64,000 nt of DNA from an uncultured Verrucomicrobiae bacterium. GTDB lineage: Bacteria > Verrucomicrobiota > Verrucomicrobiia > Chthoniobacterales > JAATET01. Under the pieces are notes generated by a model that worked only from the letters and a program-made list of their open reading frames with translations, ran no database searches and was not told where the DNA came from. The DNA is taken from positions 640,001 through 704,000 of the forward strand of contig CAVRCI010000002.1 in NCBI GenBank assembly GCA_963719495.1, written 5' to 3'. Each line of letters opens with the position of its first letter. Position 1 is the first letter of the stretch. Position numbers and translations under genes: made by a program. Shown piece after piece: positions 57,803 to 64,000 of this stretch.

Positions 57803-59236
57803 ATGCGTCCGCTCCTTTCTCTTGCCGTCCTCCTTGCCGTCCCGACCGGTGCCTTCGCCGTCCCCTCGGAACCGAACCAGAGCGGGCCGCTCCAGGTGCT
57901 CGCCGCCGGTTGGCTCGGCGGCTCCGGCAACGAGGAATTGGTCGACACCGCGATCCTGCCGGATGGGCGGATCCTCCTCGCCGGCAACGGCGAGTTGCTG
58001 GAACAACCCGGCGTGACCGCGACCGCACTCGGCGGCGAGTCCGAGGGTGGCGGCGATGGATTTGTGGCGATGCTCTCGCCCGACGGCGGCGAGATGGTCG
58101 CGCTGCTGACGATGCCGGCCGAGGCGAAGAAGCTGGCGCTCGACTCGGCGGGGAATCTTTACGTGTTGGGAGACGCGTCTTCCAAAGTCGAGATCGGCGG
58201 CACGACGGGCGAGGGCACGTTCATCACGCGGGTGGCGATGGACGGTAGGAGCGAGGCGTGGACGATGTTCGAACCCAAGGTCATGGACTTCGGAATCGAC
58301 GGAAACGGCGACGTCGTGGTCCTCAAAAAAGCGCTCCTGAAGCGATTCCGCGACGGCAAGGAAGTCTGGGAGGCAAAGTGGAAATCCTACGGCGACAACC
58401 GTCCCGCCGGCATGGCGATCTCGCCGCAAACGGGTGAGGTGGCCGTGTCGGGATACGGAATGACGCATACCGGGCGCGAACCGTGGAAGGATCCCTACGC
58501 TTACGGTTTCGACCGGGACGGCAAGGAGATCTGGGCTCTGTGGAATCCAAACCCAAAGGAGCAGGTGGACGCCAAATACGGCGGAACGGGTCTCATGGCC
58601 GACTCGATGGGTGAGTTCCTCGCGACGACCGAAAGCGGCGAATTCCTGCTCGGACTGCGTGCCGACGGCGGAAACACGGTCCTCGGCAAAAATCCGCACG
58701 ACGAAACCAAGCCGCTCGAGAAGGTTCTCGACGATGTGTTTCAGAAGGGGCCGGGTCACGGCTTCAAGGGCGCGAGTGGCACGAGCGTGATCTTCCGCGC
58801 CAACGCGAAGTCGGGGGATCTCCAGAAGGGGACATTCATGTCGGCCTGGCTCACGCCGCAGCGGGCGAATACGCTGTTCGTCAAGGACGCGGCGGGTGAC
58901 TCGCGGGGCCGGGTCTTCGTCGTCGGCGACAGTGCGTCGGGGATGCCGGTGGAGAAAGGTTGGTGGGAGGCCCCGGAGGGCGGGTACTTGGGCGGTGGAT
59001 TTCTCGCGGTGTTCGACCGGGATTTCAAACGGCTGCAGTCCGGCTACTTTCCGCACTCGTCGATACTGACCACCGCCGAACGCGGTGGAATCGTCGTGAT
59101 CGCCGGCAGCGCGAAGGAAAACGGCACGGCGGGTGACAGCGGCGTCAACTATCCCTCGCCGACCTACAAGCCGGTGCAGGAGAGCTTCGGCGGCGGGGAG
59201 CGGGACGGTTATTACGTTGTTTTCAAGGTCAAGTGA
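57803..59236 (+). CDS. Secreted beta-propeller-like protein
   Basis: Signal peptide; repeated ALDSAGNLYV / GDSRGRVFVVG and GG..DG(F/Y) blade-like motifs. Confidence 0.65.
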   Translation: MRPLLSLAVLLAVPTGAFAVPSEPNQSGPLQVLAAGWLGGSGNEELVDTAILPDGRILLAGNGELLEQPGVTATALGGESEGGGDGFVAMLSPDGGEMVALLTMPAEAKKLALDSAGNLYVLGDASSKVEIGGTTGEGTFITRVAMDGRSEAWTMFEPKVMDFGIDGNGDVVVLKKALLKRFRDGKEVWEAKWKSYGDNRPAGMAISPQTGEVAVSGYGMTHTGREPWKDPYAYGFDRDGKEIWALWNPNPKEQVDAKYGGTGLMADSMGEFLATTESGEFLLGLRADGGNTVLGKNPHDETKPLEKVLDDVFQKGPGHGFKGASGTSVIFRANAKSGDLQKGTFMSAWLTPQRANTLFVKDAAGDSRGRVFVVGDSASGMPVEKGWWEAPEGGYLGGGFLAVFDRDFKRLQSGYFPHSSILTTAERGGIVVIAGSAKENGTAGDSGVNYPSPTYKPVQESFGGGERDGYYVVFKVK

Positions 59237-60468
59237 TGACGATTCCGCCACGCATCCAAACTTACGAGAAGCTCGGTTACGGGCTGTTCCTGCACTGGGG
59301 TCTCTACTCGCAACTGGCGGGCGGAGAATGGGCGATGGAATACCGCGGGATCCCGCGCGCGGAATACGCGCGGCTCGCCGATGAATTCACTGCCGAAAAG
59401 TTCGACGCCCGCGCGATCGCGCGATTCGCGAAGGACGCCGGTTTTCGCTACGCGTGCCTGACCACGCGGCACCACGACGGATTCTCGCTCTACGATACCC
59501 GGGGGCTGAACGACTTCGACGCGCCGCACAGTCCGGCCGGTCGCGATCTGGTCGCGGAATTTACGGACGCGTGTCGTGCCGAGGGCCTGGCGGTTTTTTT
59601 CTACCACACCACGCTCGACTGGCGCGACGAGCGCTTCGATGCCGACTGGGACGGCTACCTCCAATACCTGCGGGATTCCGTGGAGATCCTGCTCACGCAC
59701 TACGGTCGCGTGGACGGGCTGTGGTTCGACGGCAACTGGGCGCGGCCCGAGCGCGATTGGCAGGAGGATGCGCTCTACGACCTCATCCGCGCCCGGCAGC
59801 CCGACTGCGTGATTGTCAACAATTCCAGCGTCAAGGCGCTCGGCGCGCTGGGTCACCCCGAGGTCGACGTCCTCACCTTCGAGCAGGGTCAGCCGCGCGC
59901 GCTCGACCGGACCGGTCACCCCCGCTACCTCGCCGCGGAAATGTGCGAGACCATCAACAGCCACTGGGGCGCGGCGGACGGCGACTTTTCCGCGAAGAGT
60001 CCGGCCACGCTCATCCGCACGCTCGCGGCCTGCCGGGGTGCCGGTGCGAACCTTCTGCTCAACATCGGGCCGAACGCCGACGGGTCCCTGCCCGGCTACG
60101 AGATGGAAACGCTGCGGCTCGTGGGTCGCTGGATCGAAGGCTGTGGCGAGGCGCTCTATCGCGGGCGTCCGGCGGATGGCGTGCGCGCGAGCGGCGGCAA
60201 TGTCGTGCTCGCGGACGGGGACGAGTTCCTCTGTTTCGTCCATGACCTCCCGATCCACGGCAACCTCCATCTCGGCGCGGACAGCGCGGTCGGCTTGCAC
60301 GCTATCGAAGGGAAACTCCCGAAGGTCAGGCGGATCGAATGGACCGATACCGGCGAAGAACTCAAGTTCTCGCAGGACGCGGAGCGGGAGATCCTAACGT
60401 TCCGCGCGACCCCCTTTCCCTACGGAAACCAGCGAATCGTCCGCGCCGCACGGATCGTGACCGGATAG
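59236..60468 (+). CDS. GH29 alpha-L-fucosidase
   Basis: GLFLHWGLYS, TTRHHDGFSL, nucleophile GLWFDG, NLLLNIGP. ATG overlaps the upstream TGA. Confidence 0.93.
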   Translation: MTIPPRIQTYEKLGYGLFLHWGLYSQLAGGEWAMEYRGIPRAEYARLADEFTAEKFDARAIARFAKDAGFRYACLTTRHHDGFSLYDTRGLNDFDAPHSPAGRDLVAEFTDACRAEGLAVFFYHTTLDWRDERFDADWDGYLQYLRDSVEILLTHYGRVDGLWFDGNWARPERDWQEDALYDLIRARQPDCVIVNNSSVKALGALGHPEVDVLTFEQGQPRALDRTGHPRYLAAEMCETINSHWGAADGDFSAKSPATLIRTLAACRGAGANLLLNIGPNADGSLPGYEMETLRLVGRWIEGCGEALYRGRPADGVRASGGNVVLADGDEFLCFVHDLPIHGNLHLGADSAVGLHAIEGKLPKVRRIEWTDTGEELKFSQDAEREILTFRATPFPYGNQRIVRAARIVTG

Positions 60469-60529
60469 CGTACCAATCTACCGGGCGAGCGGGAACGGCG
60501 AAGAGCATTTCGCATGAAGGCGGAGGCAG

Positions 60530-61216
60530 GTGCGCGTTCGAGTGCTCGACAGCGTCCGATGTGCAATTGTGAACGATGCCGTCGCGATGGTGATGGTGCC
60601 GATCCTGGCGCTGCTCATCTGCGGCTTGCTGCGCTCGGCGGAGAGTGGGACGTATGATTTCGCGTCGGCGTATCACATTCTCGCCTACCACTTCCTGGCG
60701 CTGGTGGTGGCGATGTTTCTGACGGCGGTCAGCGGAATCGCGAAGGGACTCATCATTTCCGCCGTCGCACCCGAGGCGAAAATGGCGGTGAACATCATCC
60801 CGATGGTCCTCATTCCGCAGCTCGTCCGGGGCGGAGCGTTCATCAAATACGAGGGGATGAATCGCAACCTCGACGTCGAGCGGCGGCTTGGCGAGATCGA
60901 CCAAGTGATCGCCGGCGGGCCGTTCGACGCGGACGCGCTGCCCGCCGACGCGAACTGCATGACGGCGGAGCAGCTCTACGGGAACCAGAAAATTACCGAT
61001 CTGGTGTCGAAAGCCGAGATGGAGCAGCTCGACTACCGGCTGGACGCGGGCCACACCGGTCACCTCGACGTCTTCTCCGGGCCGGTGAAAGAGGATTTCG
61101 GAATCCGGGCCAGCGTCCTCGTCTTCAACTCCGGCGTCCTGGTGCTCTTCTCGCTCTTCGGGTTCGTGGTCCTCCACTACGTGCTGCGGCATCAACTGAG
61201 GTTACGAGCGCCTTGA
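60530..61216 (+). pseudogene. Probable remnant of an ABC-2-type permease domain
   Basis: GLIISAVA..AVNIIPMVLIPQLVRGG resembles ABC2 membrane segments. No ATPase domain, no clear start, and segments appear abbreviated. Confidence 0.45.
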
Positions 61217-61441
61217 GTCGACGGGGTGGCAAGCCGGAGGGGGCGGACGCTTGCGCGAAGAAACGAATCGTGCGCTCGCCGAGGCACGGGAAGTTTACGA
61301 TGATTCCGGCGAAGACTCCTGCCTGATCGACCATGCACCATGAAGCCGAAAATGCCCTCATCCGAATCTGCCCAATCCGTCATCCGTCTTGGATGCTCGT
61401 TCGCTCCGCGGAGACCTGAATTGGACCCGAGGTCGAGGGGA

Positions 61442-62776
61442 ATGATGCTGCGCTGGATTCTCTCACTTCTCGCCGTCGCCACTTTGGCGATGGGTTCCTG
61501 TCTGGCCAACGGCGGGGGTTATCAGCGCGGAGGTGTGCGGTCGACGGGCGCGATCGAGGGCTTCGAACCGCGAAACACGGAGGACATTCGGATCGTCGAT
61601 GAAGACCTGCTCATCGAGTTGAATCGCGACTCGGTCGACGTGGTGGTGAAGTATCTCTTCCGGAACGAGAGTGATACCCGCGTGAAGGCACGGTTTGGTT
61701 TTCCCGTCGAGGAATTGGCTGAGAAATCCCTCTTCGGGGAGGATGAGCCGAAGGAACGCGCGAAGGTGCCGGAATATTTGAAGAACTATCGGATCTGGTC
61801 CGACGCCGAGGGATTGAAAACGAAGTTCGAGGTTGAGCCGGAGGGGAGCGGTGAAGGTGACGAACGTTTTGTGGGTCTTAAGGGCTGGATGGTTTCGACC
61901 GTGGCGTTCGAGCCGGGGGAAGAGCGGCGCGTTCGGATTAGTTATTCGTCGGATTATTCGTTTTCGGTGCATTTCATCAGCGAAAACGAATCGCTGGGAG
62001 CGAAGGAATTCCGCTACCGGCTGTCGACGGGCGGAGTGTGGAAAGAACCGATCACGAAGGGTCGCGTGGTGGTGCGGGCGGGCGGCGTGGATCCGGAAGA
62101 GGTGCGGGTGCTGGCCCCGGTGAACCAGTTCAAACGGCAGGGAGCGGACTGGGTGTGGGAGTTCGAGGATCTCGAGCCGACGCTGGCGGACGATCTGCGG
62201 ATCGAAGCGGTGCCGGGGGAGTCGATTGTCGCCGCGAACCTGCCGGACCCGGATACCGGGGCCGAGCGGTTTGTCCGGGTCATTGAGCGCCGGGGGCGCT
62301 GGTCGGTGCAACACGCTTATTATTCGGTGGTCGCGAGTTCGATGCTGGCACCTTCGGGTGAGCTGACTTACGGACCGGAGAACGTCGCCGACCGGAATCC
62401 AGCGACCGCGTGGTCGGAGGGAGCCCAGGGTTCCGGAGTCGGCGAATGGCTGGAGATCCAACCCGACGTGGCAAGACCGCTGATCTCGATCCTGGTGACG
62501 CCCGGTTACGCGGCATCCGAGGAATTGTTCCGGCTGAACGCGCGACCACGGCGAGTGGAGGTCGAGCTGAACGGCGAGTATCGATTCGACGCGGTGCTCG
62601 AGGATCAGCCCGAGGAGCAGACAATTCTGGTGTCGGGGTATTCCAAGCCAGTCTCGAAGGTTCGTTTGACGATCACGGAGGTGACGCCGGGCGAGCGCGA
62701 TGAGGACTTGTGCATTTCGTCGGTGCGATTCGAGGCGAGGCTGGACGGCAAACCCGACATTCGACCGTCACGGTGA
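61442..62776 (+). CDS. Secreted DUF4424-like protein with C-terminal discoidin/glycan-binding-like domain
   Basis: Signal peptide then ANGGG; EDLLI..VKYLFRN; YRLSTGGVWKEPI; DRNPATAWSEG..GEWL; DLCISSV. Confidence 0.7.
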   Translation: MMLRWILSLLAVATLAMGSCLANGGGYQRGGVRSTGAIEGFEPRNTEDIRIVDEDLLIELNRDSVDVVVKYLFRNESDTRVKARFGFPVEELAEKSLFGEDEPKERAKVPEYLKNYRIWSDAEGLKTKFEVEPEGSGEGDERFVGLKGWMVSTVAFEPGEERRVRISYSSDYSFSVHFISENESLGAKEFRYRLSTGGVWKEPITKGRVVVRAGGVDPEEVRVLAPVNQFKRQGADWVWEFEDLEPTLADDLRIEAVPGESIVAANLPDPDTGAERFVRVIERRGRWSVQHAYYSVVASSMLAPSGELTYGPENVADRNPATAWSEGAQGSGVGEWLEIQPDVARPLISILVTPGYAASEELFRLNARPRRVEVELNGEYRFDAVLEDQPEEQTILVSGYSKPVSKVRLTITEVTPGERDEDLCISSVRFEARLDGKPDIRPSR

Positions 62777-63756
62777 ACCTGCGGCGGGCGGCTCAAGCGG
62801 TTGTCGTGATCGCTCTGGCGACGGTGGGGGGCGGGCACGCCGGGCCGGGTTGGGATCTTCCCATCTTCGTCGCGGACAACCATGCGGGGTCTTTCGGATT
62901 CTTTGCGCGGACCGTCGATCTCGACGAGCCGCACGTTCTGGTGCTGGTGGATGCGCACTCGGACGCGTCGGCAGTGGGTCGTTCCGACGAGGTCCGGTCG
63001 GTGGTGCGACGGGTGCGGTCCGAGGACGAGCGACGGGTCCGGATCGACGAGCTGCGCGCGTCGGGGCGGCTGCAGGCTTGCAATTGGATCGAACCGTTGA
63101 TGCCGCGCCCGGTGGAGCGGGTGGTCTGGGTCGCCGGTTGGAATCTGGATTTGGCGACGCGTTCGCGCCTCGAGGCCGAGGCGCGGGCAAGCGTCGATGG
63201 GCGGCTTGGCTTCGATGCCCGAACGGTCGGTTCGCTGGGCGACCGCTGGACCGTGGTGGATGCCGACGGGTTCGACGACTGGAGGCCGGGAGAATTGCCC
63301 GTCCTGGCGTCGATCGATCTCGACGCGTTTGCTGGGATGACCGAGGCGGAGGCGCGTTCGAAATTCCGCGCCATCTGGCTGCGGATCCTCGGTTTGCCGC
63401 GGTTGCGGGCGGTGAGCTTTGCGGTGTCGCGGGCGTGGTTGAAAGATGACGACGAGGCGTTTCGGCTGTTGACGATGGCGTTGACGGCCGCGGATCGGGT
63501 GAGTGGAGGGGCGATTTCGTTCGAACCGCACGCTCGGGTCGGTCCGGACGATTCGAAGCGTGCCGCCGCTCTGATCGCCGGGGGTCGTGCGGTGCCGCGA
63601 TTGGATTTCGCCGTTGCGCCGGTGTCGTTCCGGGAGTTCGCGGTCGCTCGAGCGGACGATTGGCGGATCGGTCGGGACCCTGAACGCTGGCGGGATCTCC
63701 TGGGTCGGTGGAAATCCGAAGCCGCGCGGTGGGAGATTCGTCCGGAGCGGGGTTAG
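62773..63756 (+). CDS. Arginase/deacetylase-fold (UPF0489-like) protein, possibly prematurely terminated
   Basis: ADNH, LVDAHSD, CNWI and SIDLDAF metal-binding-type motifs. GTG overlaps the upstream stop. Confidence 0.55.
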   Translation: MNLRRAAQAVVVIALATVGGGHAGPGWDLPIFVADNHAGSFGFFARTVDLDEPHVLVLVDAHSDASAVGRSDEVRSVVRRVRSEDERRVRIDELRASGRLQACNWIEPLMPRPVERVVWVAGWNLDLATRSRLEAEARASVDGRLGFDARTVGSLGDRWTVVDADGFDDWRPGELPVLASIDLDAFAGMTEAEARSKFRAIWLRILGLPRLRAVSFAVSRAWLKDDDEAFRLLTMALTAADRVSGGAISFEPHARVGPDDSKRAAALIAGGRAVPRLDFAVAPVSFREFAVARADDWRIGRDPERWRDLLGRWKSEAARWEIRPERG

Positions 63757-64000
63757 GCTTCGGCGGACGGGGTGTGGAGGTATCCGAGCGGCGATCCGTC
63801 CACCTTGCGCGTCGAGCGAGCCGGGTCGGGGTCCGGCGCGGCGGGGCGGGTGCGTTGGGGGGCGCTGCGACCCAGGGCGTTTGGCTGGAAGGGTCATAGG
63901 GCGGGGCGAGCGTGAAGGATAAGGTTGAGAGCTTTTGCTGGGTGTCGGTGGTAGAGTTCGAAGAAGTGAGCGAGGGGTTGCCCGTGCTCAAAGGGAATGA

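Noticed and set aside
1..64000. tRNA/rRNA genes or a tRNA integration site for the element
   Set aside because: No cloverleaf, T-loop/CCA pattern or rRNA-like sequence was recognised by eye in the intergenic regions.

Overview
This is a GC-rich bacterial window. The LacI types and a shared C-terminal domain on the large secreted proteins suggest Verrucomicrobia (inference). Most of it is a carbohydrate-utilisation region: GH1, GH52, GH42, GH42-like, GH10, GH29 and two clan GH-A-like enzymes, a sugar ABC transporter, three LacI regulators, an AraC regulator, two Gfo/Idh/MocA oxidoreductases and large multidomain secreted proteins. Three mobile features interrupt it. (1) An intact IS4 element (6327-7630, 9-bp target duplication) has landed in the signal-peptide codons of a secreted hydrolase. 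(2) A decayed IS1380-like remnant lies at about 13420-14770. (3) The most unusual feature is a ~9.4 kb six-gene minus-strand cassette (14963-24338). It combines a ~1290-aa protein with several tyrosine-recombinase-like domains, a Mu/TnsB-like DDE transposase, a TnsC/MuB-like ATPase, two unknown proteins and a ClpX-like AAA+ ATPase with an IGF-like (MGF) loop. Other observations are an inverted duplication of an amidohydrolase-LacI module next to a Rieske protein, a recurring TAC(A/G)CGTA-like operator motif, and a carbohydrate-binding/cytochrome c fusion protein. No rRNA, tRNA or CRISPR array was seen. All calls come from reading motifs by eye; no database searches were run.
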